Virus record (IMG/VR): IMGVR_UViG_3300009095_000071
Coordinates: 1-24,514 of that record
Source: a virus
Taxonomy: Duplodnaviria; Caudoviricetes
Direction: 5' to 3' (one strand)
DNA: 24,514 nt
Part shown: in pieces, positions 1-6,843 of the stretch
Numbering within the stretch: position 1 is the stretch's first letter
How the letters are laid out: each line of letters begins with the position of its first letter
Program-made: the position numbers and the translations under genes
The notes under the pieces: generated by a model
The model's database searches: none
Told to the model about the DNA's origin: nothing
What the model saw: only the letters and a program-made list of their open reading frames with translations

Positions 1-471
1 GCGAAACTGATCGGCGGTGACCCCCACCTGGGGCGCGATGTTCTCGAAAAAATCCTTCATCGGGCCGCCGCCGGTGGAGAGAAAATCCCCCACCCGGTCG
101 TTCATGTCCTTGAGGATGTCGGCGAGCTTGGTCTGCTCGATGCCCACCGTTTTGGCGCCCACCGCCCAGCGCTGGAAGTCCTCCGCGCTGGTGTTGGCCA
201 CTTGCGAGAGTGTGGTGATTTCCCGGGCGGAATCGGCGGCGCTTTTTACCAGTGCCGCGCCACCGGCCACCGCCGCCACGCCAATGGCGCCCACGGCCTT
301 GGCGGCGGCGTTGAGGTGCTTCTCGGCACCCTTGGCCATTTTCGCCAGGGCCTTGTCGATCTCCTGGGCACGCTTGTTGGCAGCCCGCTCGGCCTTGTCC
401 ATGCCCTCGACAAAACCGCCCACCTTGGCGATCAGGTCAATGGTCAGCTGCCCAAGAGATTTAACGGCCAT
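1..471 (-). CDS. Tail tape measure protein, N-terminal part (runs off the window edge)
   Basis: Hand translation from ATG at 471 gives MAVKSLGQLTIDLIAKVGGFVEGMDKAER...FQRWAVGAKTVGIEQTKLADILKDMNDRVGDF. It is Ala-rich and helical, and lies directly after the tail chaperone genes. Absent from the ORF track because it has no stop in the window. Confidence 0.9.
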   Translation of the reverse strand, partial: MAVKSLGQLTIDLIAKVGGFVEGMDKAERAANKRAQEIDKALAKMAKGAEKHLNAAAKAVGAIGVAAVAGGAALVKSAADSAREITTLSQVANTSAEDFQRWAVGAKTVGIEQTKLADILKDMNDRVGDFLSTGGGPMKDFFENIAPQVGVTADQFR

Positions 472-486
472 GGGTGATCCTTCCGG

Positions 487-873
487 TTACTTTTGCGGGC
501 GCTTTGGCGCGGCGTTGTTGGTGGCGGCGACGGTTTTAAGCAAGCCGAAGACGGCGGCGATGTCCGCCTCGGGCTCTTCGCCGGCGGCGGGCTTGAGGAC
601 AACGTGGGGCATGTACTTGTCGGGGCTCGCGGCCTTGCCCGTAAAAAAGCTTTCGAGCAGCGCCTGCATGTGGGCGAAGTTCTCCTCCACCCGCAGGCCG
701 AGGTTGAGCAGCCCACGCTGGCGGCGGTAGGCCATCCACACCGCGGCCTCCCGCAGGGTGATGGCGGCCTTGGCCTCGGCGATGGTTCGCCCGCCAATGC
801 CGGCCAGCACCATCTCGCACCAGAAGTCGTCCTCGGGGCTCAGGCCGCCTTGCGTCGCGTCTTCGGCACCACC
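487..873 (-). CDS. Tail assembly chaperone, C-terminal frameshift extension (lambda gpT-like)
   Basis: The frame of ORF 487..813 stays open upstream (…LSPEDDFWCEMVLAGIGGRTIAEAK) to the slippery site at 873-879. It is the -1 frame of the upstream chaperone gene. Confidence 0.85.
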   Translation of the reverse strand, partial: GGAEDATQGGLSPEDDFWCEMVLAGIGGRTIAEAKAAITLREAAVWMAYRRQRGLLNLGLRVEENFAHMQALLESFFTGKAASPDKYMPHVVLKPAAGEEPEADIAAVFGLLKTVAATNNAAPKRPQK

Positions 874-1223
874 TTTCCCCCGCTTTTCCTCACGGTGCCA
901 ATGGCGCCGAAAAACGCCAGCAGCAGGCCGGGCTTGAGCCGGGCGCAGTCGGCCAGTGGCAGCTGATCGACGTCGGCCTTCTCGCCGTTCACGGCGTGAA
1001 TGCGCACCATGCGGTGGATGGTGCGGGCCATCACGCTGCGGTCATCCGCGCCTTGATCCTGCATGTTGATAAACTCGAAGTCGGCGACGGTGGCTTCTTT
1101 CTTCACCGAGATGTCGAATTTCACCGGGTCCGCGCCCTCGGCGGGCGCCCATTCGAATGCGGTTTTTTCAAAGCCTTCCGGCCCTACAAAGGCGCCGATG
1201 CTGCTGAGCAGGTCGTTGATCAT
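840..1223 (-). CDS. Tail assembly chaperone (lambda gpG-like)
   Basis: Lies between the major tail and tape measure genes. GGAGA RBS precedes the ATG at 1223, and G GGA AAG occurs in frame near the 3' end. Confidence 0.85.
   Translation of the reverse strand: MINDLLSSIGAFVGPEGFEKTAFEWAPAEGADPVKFDISVKKEATVADFEFINMQDQGADDRSVMARTIHRMVRIHAVNGEKADVDQLPLADCARLKPGLLLAFFGAIGTVRKSGGKVVPKTRRKAA
873..879 (-). promoter_or_regulatory. -1 programmed ribosomal frameshift slippery site GGGAAAG
   Basis: G-GGA-AAG is in the correct phase and identical to the lambda G/T slippery heptamer. A -1 shift enters the 487..813 frame. Confidence 0.88.
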
Positions 1224-1234
1224 TGGTCTCTCCG

Positions 1235-1260
1235 AAAAAAAAGGCCGCGCGGGCGCGGCC
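1235..1260 (-). terminator. Intrinsic terminator after the major tail gene
   Basis: GGCCGCG/CGCGGCC stem followed by T8 on the minus strand. Confidence 0.7.
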
Positions 1261-1298
1261 ATCAGGTGTGGTAGCAGTTATTCGAGGGGTTATTCAGC

Positions 1299-1775
1299 TC
1301 AGACCTTGGGCACCAGCACCGGCTCGCCGGATACCTGAATGCCCACGGTGGACTGCACCACGGCGTTCTGCGCGAAGCTGAACGGGTAGGAGTTCATAAA
1401 GCCTTCGAGCTCGATCCAGGACCGGGTGGCGGGCAGAACAAACTCGTAGCTGCCATCGCTGTTGGTGTTTACCGTCGGCGCGTCGGTGCCGTCGGAAAAT
1501 CCCACCGCCCAGGGCAAAGTGGTACCGGCCACCTTGAGCTGGTGCAGGCGCACGTGGCTCTCATCGGCGGTGTCCACGTTGATGCCGAAAGACGCCGTGC
1601 CAGGGGTGGCAAGGCCCGCCAAATAGCTGCGGGCGCTGTCGCCGAGGCAGGTTGTCTCGATCTGGTCGATGCTGGTGTCGATGCCGTCGATGCTGGTGAC
1701 GCAGCCCACGGTGATGAGGGTGCCGTCGTCCGGGTCGATGGTGTAGAGGTTGGTGCCTTGGGTTTTGATCGCCAT
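1299..1775 (-). CDS. Major tail (tube) protein
   Basis: MAIKTQGTNLY…IETTCL…YLAGLATPG…VQSTVGIQVSGEP is the pattern of lambdoid/HK97-type tail tube proteins. GGAG RBS precedes the ATG at 1775. Confidence 0.9.
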   Translation of the reverse strand: MAIKTQGTNLYTIDPDDGTLITVGCVTSIDGIDTSIDQIETTCLGDSARSYLAGLATPGTASFGINVDTADESHVRLHQLKVAGTTLPWAVGFSDGTDAPTVNTNSDGSYEFVLPATRSWIELEGFMNSYPFSFAQNAVVQSTVGIQVSGEPVLVPKV

Positions 1776-1839
1776 TGGTCGTATCTCCATGGAGGTTGGT
1801 GGTGTTGCCCGGGCGGGCGTTTTCCTTGCGCAGGAAATG

Positions 1840-1867
1840 AAAAAACCCGGCGCGGGGGCCGGGTTTT
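1840..1867 (-). terminator. Intrinsic terminator (possibly bidirectional)
   Basis: AAAACCCGGC-N6-GCCGGGTTTT hairpin with T6 on the minus strand. Confidence 0.7.
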
Positions 1868-1883
1868 GGTGGTTATCGCTGGT

Positions 1884-2456
1884 TTAGCGCGGCGGGCTCG
1901 CCGCTTTCTGCTGGCGCTTGATGGCGCGGTCCAGCGCTTTGCTGTACTCCTTCGCGAACACGTCAACAGGGGCCGTGCCCACCTGGGCCATGACCGGCCG
2001 CATAAAGGGCTGGGGCGGGTTTTTCTCGGTGCCGAATTCCAAAAACCGCCAGTAGTAGGTGTGGCCCCCCGGGTTGCCGGCCCCGGCGCCCTTGATCTCG
2101 CCGAGCTGTTCAAGGGATGCCTGGCCGAGGCGCTTGCGGCGCCGCTCGGTTTTCCGCGCGGCCTTGGCGTCGACGGGGCGGCGGGCACCGCCGAGGATGC
2201 CAACGCGAAACATCAGGTCCCCGGTGCGCTTGAATGCCCGGGGGCTCCAGCGCATCACCAAATTCTTGGCGATCTCTTCCGGGGTTTTGGGGTCGTTCAC
2301 CGATGCCGCATTGGCCCGGGCCTGGGCAAGCACCACGTTGCCCGCTTTTCGCAAAGCCGCGCGGCCACCCTTGAGGCGCATGTCCACCGACAGGGCCTTG
2401 AGCTTTTTGGTGATCTCATCCACGCCCGTCAGGGAATACTCCACGCCGTCTTTCAT
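1884..2456 (-). CDS. HK97 gp10-family tail/neck morphogenesis protein
   Basis: From ATG 2456 (ATGA overlap with the upstream gene): RAALRKAGNVV…YYWRFLEFGTEKNPPQPFMRP signature. The longer N-terminus in the ORF track is a shadow of the neighbouring gene. Confidence 0.9.
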   Translation of the reverse strand: MKDGVEYSLTGVDEITKKLKALSVDMRLKGGRAALRKAGNVVLAQARANAASVNDPKTPEEIAKNLVMRWSPRAFKRTGDLMFRVGILGGARRPVDAKAARKTERRRKRLGQASLEQLGEIKGAGAGNPGGHTYYWRFLEFGTEKNPPQPFMRPVMAQVGTAPVDVFAKEYSKALDRAIKRQQKAASPPR

Positions 2457-2818
2457 CGCCCCACCATCCATTCCACGTCGAAGCTGTAGCGGTAGTGGCC
2501 CGTTTCGCCGTCGCGGGATTCGCCGCCCCACCGGGTCACATGGGCCACCGGCTCGAAGGCATCCCGCAGGGCCTTGGCGGCGGTGCGTGCCGCCGTGGCG
2601 GTGGCGGCGTACACGTCGACCTGGGTGGTGAATTCGTCGAGGTCCGGCACCTGACCGAGGTAGTTCTCGGGGCCGCCGCCCACCACCTGCCACACGGCAT
2701 AGGGCAGCATCACGCCCTGGGGCGCTTCGCCAAAGGGGAACACCCGGCACGGGCTGGTGCCGAGCGCGGCCTTGACGGCGGCGCTGGCAAAGGCGGTGGC
2801 GAAGACAGGCGGCGTCAT
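2453..2818 (-). CDS. Tail terminator / tail completion protein (DUF3168-like)
   Basis: RVFPFGEAPQ…PYAVWQVVGGGPENYL…QVDVYA…YRYSFDVEW. ATGA overlaps at both ends. Confidence 0.85.
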   Translation of the reverse strand: MTPPVFATAFASAAVKAALGTSPCRVFPFGEAPQGVMLPYAVWQVVGGGPENYLGQVPDLDEFTTQVDVYAATATAARTAAKALRDAFEPVAHVTRWGGESRDGETGHYRYSFDVEWMVGR

Positions 2819-3444
2819 CGGCTGGCCACCCGCCGGAAGGCGTAGGAGCCGATGCCCTCCCGGCCCAGCCGGGTCTCGAAGTCGTCATCCGCCACCAGCT
2901 CAAAGCCGTGGCCTTCGAACCAGCTGACGAGGCCCGCGTCGGTCCAGTACCAGAGGTGCTCGCCGGGCTTGTAGTGCTTGCTGGCCAGCAGGTCGTCGAG
3001 GTCGCCGTAGATGGGCATCGACACGAACACCCACTCCCTGGCCCTGGCCACCAGGGCGCCGGGGTCAGGGATATGCTCGAGGCTGTCCCAGCAGGTGATG
3101 GCCAGCACGTTGTCGTGGCGATAGGGGTCGAGGTAGGAGAGCCGATACCTCAGCCAGTCATTGGCCTCGGGGTTCACGTCAAAGCCAAAGCCGCCGGCGC
3201 CGAGGGCGCGCACAAAGCCGCCGCCGCCGATGCCGATGTCGATTACCGGCCCGGTGTAGCAGGCCCGCACAAAATCCACCCGGGCGCGGGTGAGCGCCTC
3301 GCCCATGGGGCTGGCATCCCGGGCGAGGTACTCCGCCCAGTAGCTCTCGGTGTAGGCCATCGGCGGGCGGGTGTGAAACCCCATACCCCGCTCAGGGCTC
3401 CACAGCAGGCAGTCTTCCAAGCCAGTTGGCAACGATCCGGTCAT
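2815..3444 (-). CDS. Class I SAM-dependent methyltransferase
   Basis: Motif I VIDIGIGGGGF, GFDVN, ITCWDSLEHIPDP and HYKPGEHLWYW. This resembles methyltransferases found in glycan biosynthesis loci, and no DNA methyltransferase motif (DPPY/NPPY or motif-IV PC) is visible. Confidence 0.88.
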   Translation of the reverse strand: MTGSLPTGLEDCLLWSPERGMGFHTRPPMAYTESYWAEYLARDASPMGEALTRARVDFVRACYTGPVIDIGIGGGGFVRALGAGGFGFDVNPEANDWLRYRLSYLDPYRHDNVLAITCWDSLEHIPDPGALVARAREWVFVSMPIYGDLDDLLASKHYKPGEHLWYWTDAGLVSWFEGHGFELVADDDFETRLGREGIGSYAFRRVASR

Positions 3445-4237
3445 AGTTCGAAATCCGCTTGTCGCAGTTGTGATTGCGCTGGGTGCAGTGGCAGAACCTG
3501 TCGGGCACCGCGAAGGTGATGCGCGACAGGTCCATGGTGTGGTGGGTGATTTTGTCCGGGGCGTTGTAGCCCCCTTGCCCGCCGCAAATCACCAGGGCAG
3601 GCACCCGGGCGGCGATGCAGGCGGGCACGATCCAGCCAATGCCGCCGATCACGGCGGCGGCCCCCTGGACAAGGGCGAGCAGCTGCGTCACCGACAATTC
3701 GCCCCGGTGGTAGACGATGTCTGCCGGGGGCAGCGGCGCCAGGGCCCACTCCTCACCCGGCGAGAGGTCGGCCACCGATACCAGGGTGTAGCCGGCGGCG
3801 CGGGCGGCGGCAGCCGCGGCGGCCACATAGGCGGGCAGCGGGTTGCGGGCGTCCGCTCGCCACTCGGCCCGCACAGTCACCGGGCGGACCACCACATACC
3901 GCCCGGCCACCGAGCTCGGGCCAAAGGCGGGCAGGTCCATGCTCGCGGGGATAACCCCAAGCGCTCGCTTCATGCCCCGGTAGATGCCATCGGTGCTGTA
4001 GGCCACCCGGCGGCGCACCGCCCCCGTGGGGCGCGGGTGCCATTGCCCCTGCCGGGCGATGTTCTTGGCCTGGGTGCGCAGCGTGGTCTCGGGCTTGACG
4101 CAGCGCACAAAGGGCAGGTCGGCATACAGCTCGGGCCAGGGGGTTTCGAGGCAAAGCTCGCGGCCAATGGCCTTGATGTAGGCCCGCTGGTAGATGTTGT
4201 CGCCAAGGCCCTTCATGCCCTCGATGAGGATAGGCAT
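3392..4237 (-). CDS. GT-B fold glycosyltransferase, GT9 (heptosyltransferase)-like
   Basis: N-terminal GMKGLGDNI motif, GELSVTQLLALVQGAAAVIGGIGWIVPACIAARVPALVICG segment and C-terminal Cys cluster (CHCTQRNHNC). The ATG at 4237 overlaps the upstream stop. Confidence 0.72.
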   Translation of the reverse strand: MPILIEGMKGLGDNIYQRAYIKAIGRELCLETPWPELYADLPFVRCVKPETTLRTQAKNIARQGQWHPRPTGAVRRRVAYSTDGIYRGMKRALGVIPASMDLPAFGPSSVAGRYVVVRPVTVRAEWRADARNPLPAYVAAAAAAARAAGYTLVSVADLSPGEEWALAPLPPADIVYHRGELSVTQLLALVQGAAAVIGGIGWIVPACIAARVPALVICGGQGGYNAPDKITHHTMDLSRITFAVPDRFCHCTQRNHNCDKRISNYDRIVANWLGRLPAVEP

Positions 4238-4593
4238 CAGCGGCCGTCCGTCAGGCCATCGGAACAGCGCAGGCGCCACTCACGGCGGCCGGTGGCGTCG
4301 GTTTCGATGCTGGTGATGTTGTACACCCGGCCATCCCACAGCACGCGCATGGTGGGCATGAGGCCCGGGAACCAGCGCAGGTTGATGCGGGCGGCGGTCT
4401 CCGCCTGTTTGGCACCGGCGGCCAGCAGCTCGCGGCCGGGGCCGGTGAGCACCTCGGCGGGCACCGCGTCCAGCACGGTGCCATCGTCGAGGATCACATC
4501 AACCCAGGTGGTGGTGATCTCGCCGGTGACGGTGTCTTGCACTTGCTGGGGCTCTTGGATGGCCACGCGATGACGCAGTCGGTAGGCGAGCAT
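4237..4593 (-). CDS. Head closure / head-tail adaptor (SPP1 gp16-like)
   Basis: RLRHRVAIQ…TGE…W…VPAEV…GRE…RINLRW…TMRVLWDGRVYNITSI. Confidence 0.9.
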   Translation of the reverse strand: MLAYRLRHRVAIQEPQQVQDTVTGEITTTWVDVILDDGTVLDAVPAEVLTGPGRELLAAGAKQAETAARINLRWFPGLMPTMRVLWDGRVYNITSIETDATGRREWRLRCSDGLTDGR

Positions 4594-4902
4594 TCAGGCC
4601 CCCAGGTTGGCGCGGAAGGGCGCCAGCTTGATCTCCGCCGCTACCCGCAGGGCGGCGGCCTGATCCGGGTCGGCCTGGTAGTTGGCCTGCAACAGCAGCA
4701 GGATGCCAACCACAAGGCTGGCGGGCAGGTCGGGCACGCCGTCGGAGCTGGCGCCGTCGGCGAGCTCCTCGAGGGTGTCGCGGTCGAGGTAGTGCCGGGC
4801 TTCGTCCTCGGCGCCATCCAGCAGCAGCTGGAGCTTGGCGTCGTCCTCGGTGTGGATCACGTCCAGAAACCCCTTGGCGGTTTCCAGCTCGATCAGTGAC
4901 AT
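4594..4902 (-). CDS. Head-tail connector (HK97 gp6 / SPP1 gp15-like)
   Basis: LIELETAKGFLDV…DDAKLQLLLDGAE…YLDR…ILLLLQANY…LAPFR. Confidence 0.9.
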   Translation of the reverse strand: MSLIELETAKGFLDVIHTEDDAKLQLLLDGAEDEARHYLDRDTLEELADGASSDGVPDLPASLVVGILLLLQANYQADPDQAAALRVAAEIKLAPFRANLGA

Positions 4903-5450
4903 AGGGCATCCTCAAGCCGTTGGCGCGGCCAGAATGGCAGCGCCGTGTGGCGGCTGCAGTTGATGATGTGGCAGTGGGCCAGGTGGCCCGCCATCTCGGC
5001 GAATTGGGCCTGCCACTTGGGCAGGCTGGCGGCATTGCCCAGCCCCTTGGGGTGGTTGCCATGCCAGTGGGCTTTGCCGCCGGTGTACTGGCAGTCGTAG
5101 CCCAGAAGGATGATGCGCCGGGCGCCGAAGTGCTCCGCCAGGGACATGGCCCCGGCGCCGGAGTTGCCGCCCTGGCGAAAGATCACGGTTTTTGCACCAG
5201 GCACGTTCTGGGCGCTGGTGAGGCATTCGCCCCGGAAGCCGGCGGCCACCTGGGCTCGGTATTTGTTCCACCACGCCCTGTCCATGGCGTAGAGCGCGTC
5301 GGCCCAGGGGCAGAGCTGAAAGGTGGTGTTGGTTACAACAACGGCTCGCCCGCGGCCTTGGCTGCGCCACGCCCGGGCTTTTTCGCAGTCGTCCGCGGTG
5401 AGGCTGGGGCCGCTGGCGATGCAGACAACGGAGTGCCAGCGGCCTGCGGA
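4893..5450 (-). CDS. Maf/DUF115(MptE)/CstII-like nucleotide-sugar transferase domain, probably expressed by -1 frameshift from the upstream gene
   Basis: The frame is open well upstream of the ATG at 5285 and encodes VVCIASGPSL…VVVTN…ADALYAMD…W…GGNSGAGAMSLAEHFGARRIILLGYD…HWHG…IINCS. There is no ATG/GTG/TTG in this frame between the stop at about 5597 and 5285. Confidence 0.7.
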   Translation of the reverse strand, partial: SAGRWHSVVCIASGPSLTADDCEKARAWRSQGRGRAVVVTNTTFQLCPWADALYAMDRAWWNKYRAQVAAGFRGECLTSAQNVPGAKTVIFRQGGNSGAGAMSLAEHFGARRIILLGYDCQYTGGKAHWHGNHPKGLGNAASLPKWQAQFAEMAGHLAHCHIINCSRHTALPFWPRQRLEDALCH

Positions 5451-5584
5451 GGGCGATCGTCGATGATGCGAACGAGGCCACGGGTAGCCAGGTCTCGGGC
5501 CACGGGCTCGGAGACGGTAAAACGGTTGAACCGGCGGCGGGCGCCGCCGTGCTCGAAACTCTGCAGTGCTTCCACTAGGGGCAT
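5333..5584 (-). CDS. Small putative head-associated protein with a Ser/Thr/Pro/Ala-rich tail
   Basis: Strong AAGGAG RBS, directly after the major capsid gene. About 42 aa of compact N-terminal domain are followed by a low-complexity tail. Confidence 0.75.
   Translation of the reverse strand: MPLVEALQSFEHGGARRRFNRFTVSEPVARDLATRGLVRIIDDRPPQAAGTPLSASPAAPASPRTTAKKPGRGAAKAAGEPLL
5388..5455 (-). promoter_or_regulatory. Candidate -1 frameshift signal: C-CCT plus 10-bp stem and possible H-type pseudoknot
   Basis: GGCCGCTGGC (5444-5435) pairs perfectly with GCCAGCGGCC (5417-5408), starting 5 nt after the CCT codon (5452-5450). Loop GUUGUCUGC (5429-5421) can pair with GCGGACGAC (5396-5388). Confidence 0.55.
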
Positions 5585-5596
5585 GGAGTGCTCCTT

Positions 5597-5623
5597 AAAA
5601 GCCGGGGGGCCGAAGCCCCCCGG
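5597..5623 (-). terminator. Hairpin/terminator after the major capsid gene
   Basis: CCGGGGGGC-TTCG-GCCCCCCGG followed by CTTTT. Confidence 0.65.
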
Positions 5624-5629
5624 TCAGGC

Positions 5630-6838
5630 TCAGGCGCCGGAGGAGGTGATGGTGAAGTCGCCCTTCACAAACGCCTCGGGGCGGTACACGGTGAGGGCAA
5701 CACGCTCTTCACAGAGGATGGTGACCATGTTCTTGATGAAGTTGTCGCGGTCCTCGGTGCTGACGGTGACGGTGGCATCTTCGCGGTCCCAGCCCTGGGC
5801 ACCCATGCGGAAGGCGCCGGTGAGGAAGTCACCCGCGTCCATCGACTGAGTGGCCACCACCGGCAGGCCCCACAGCACAGGGCCAGCCAGCTGGACAGGG
5901 TTGGCGAAGATGTAGCGGCCCTGGGTGTCCTTGGTCAGCTCGATGGCGGCCCAGTCGATCGGGCTGAGCACGATGCCGTCGGCGGTGTACTCGGCCAGTT
6001 GCACCTGGAGCATCGCCAGCCGCAGGCGGTCGATGATGGTGTCCTGATCCACCGATACGCCCGGGTTCGCGTAGCTCGACGCCTGGGTGTAGATGCCGTT
6101 GATGTTGAGGCCAACGCCGGAGCCCTTGAGCAGCTGCGCCTCTTCCTTGAGCTTGAGGCCGTAGCGCAGGCGACCGTCGATGTAGCTTTGCAGCATGGCC
6201 GCGTCGGACAGCACCTGCTTGGACGCCTGGAGCCAGTGGGCGATGGTGGCGACGTGGGCAGAGGCCAGGTCGAACACCAGGGAGGATTCCGGCTTGCCGT
6301 CGCTGGGGTTCTCCGACACAACATCGGCGCCGTTGGTGAAGCCGGTCTCCTTGACGTACTCCACCGCGTTGGAGCCAGTGCGACCCCAGTTGAGCAGGTC
6401 GCGGATGAACAGCCGGCGCTCAGGGGTGGCAACCACGCCAGGAACGCGGGTGGGCTCGATGAGGTCACCAGCGCTGGCGGCGTCGGAGGTGAGGGCCGCC
6501 TGAACCGGCACGGTGAACGAGCCCTTGGAGCGGGCCAGGGTGGCGGCGCGGGCCTGGAACTCGTCCGACTCGGTGACGATCTGGCCCATGGTTTTGGGGC
6601 GGGCGCTGTGGCCACCGCCGGATTCCAGCCGGGCGATGACTTGCTCGACGGCTTGGAGGTTGGCTTGCAGCTCGCCCTGCTTGACCAACAGCTCGTCGAC
6701 CTTGGCCTTGGTCTCTTCGCTCATGGACTGGTGGCGCTTGATATCGGCCTGGGCCTGCTCGGCGTAGGCTTTCAGGTCGTCACCGACCTTTTTGAGATCC
6801 GCCTGGACCTGCTTGTATTCCTGTTCGATCTGGGACAT
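5630..6838 (-). CDS. Major capsid protein, HK97 family
   Basis: Coiled-coil delta domain, then RLFIRDLL…YVKETGF…KPES…TIAHWLQASKQVLSD…F.KNMVTILCEERVAL.VYRPEAFVKG. Confidence 0.97.
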   Translation of the reverse strand: MSQIEQEYKQVQADLKKVGDDLKAYAEQAQADIKRHQSMSEETKAKVDELLVKQGELQANLQAVEQVIARLESGGGHSARPKTMGQIVTESDEFQARAATLARSKGSFTVPVQAALTSDAASAGDLIEPTRVPGVVATPERRLFIRDLLNWGRTGSNAVEYVKETGFTNGADVVSENPSDGKPESSLVFDLASAHVATIAHWLQASKQVLSDAAMLQSYIDGRLRYGLKLKEEAQLLKGSGVGLNINGIYTQASSYANPGVSVDQDTIIDRLRLAMLQVQLAEYTADGIVLSPIDWAAIELTKDTQGRYIFANPVQLAGPVLWGLPVVATQSMDAGDFLTGAFRMGAQGWDREDATVTVSTEDRDNFIKNMVTILCEERVALTVYRPEAFVKGDFTITSSGA

Positions 6839-6843
6839 GGGTG

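Noticed and set aside
17-730. 237-aa plus-strand ORF
   Set aside because: It is antisense to the tape measure and chaperone genes.
2457-2903. N-terminal extension of the gp10-like ORF
   Set aside because: It overlaps the tail terminator gene out of frame. The real start is most likely the ATG at 2456.
2815-3444. Methyltransferase as a DNA methyltransferase (anti-restriction)
   Set aside because: No DPPY/NPPY or C5 catalytic motif is visible, and it overlaps a glycosyltransferase in the late operon.
4912-5481. 189-aa minus-strand ORF as the gene in this interval
   Set aside because: This third frame has no motifs. The conserved motifs are in the frame ending at 4893.
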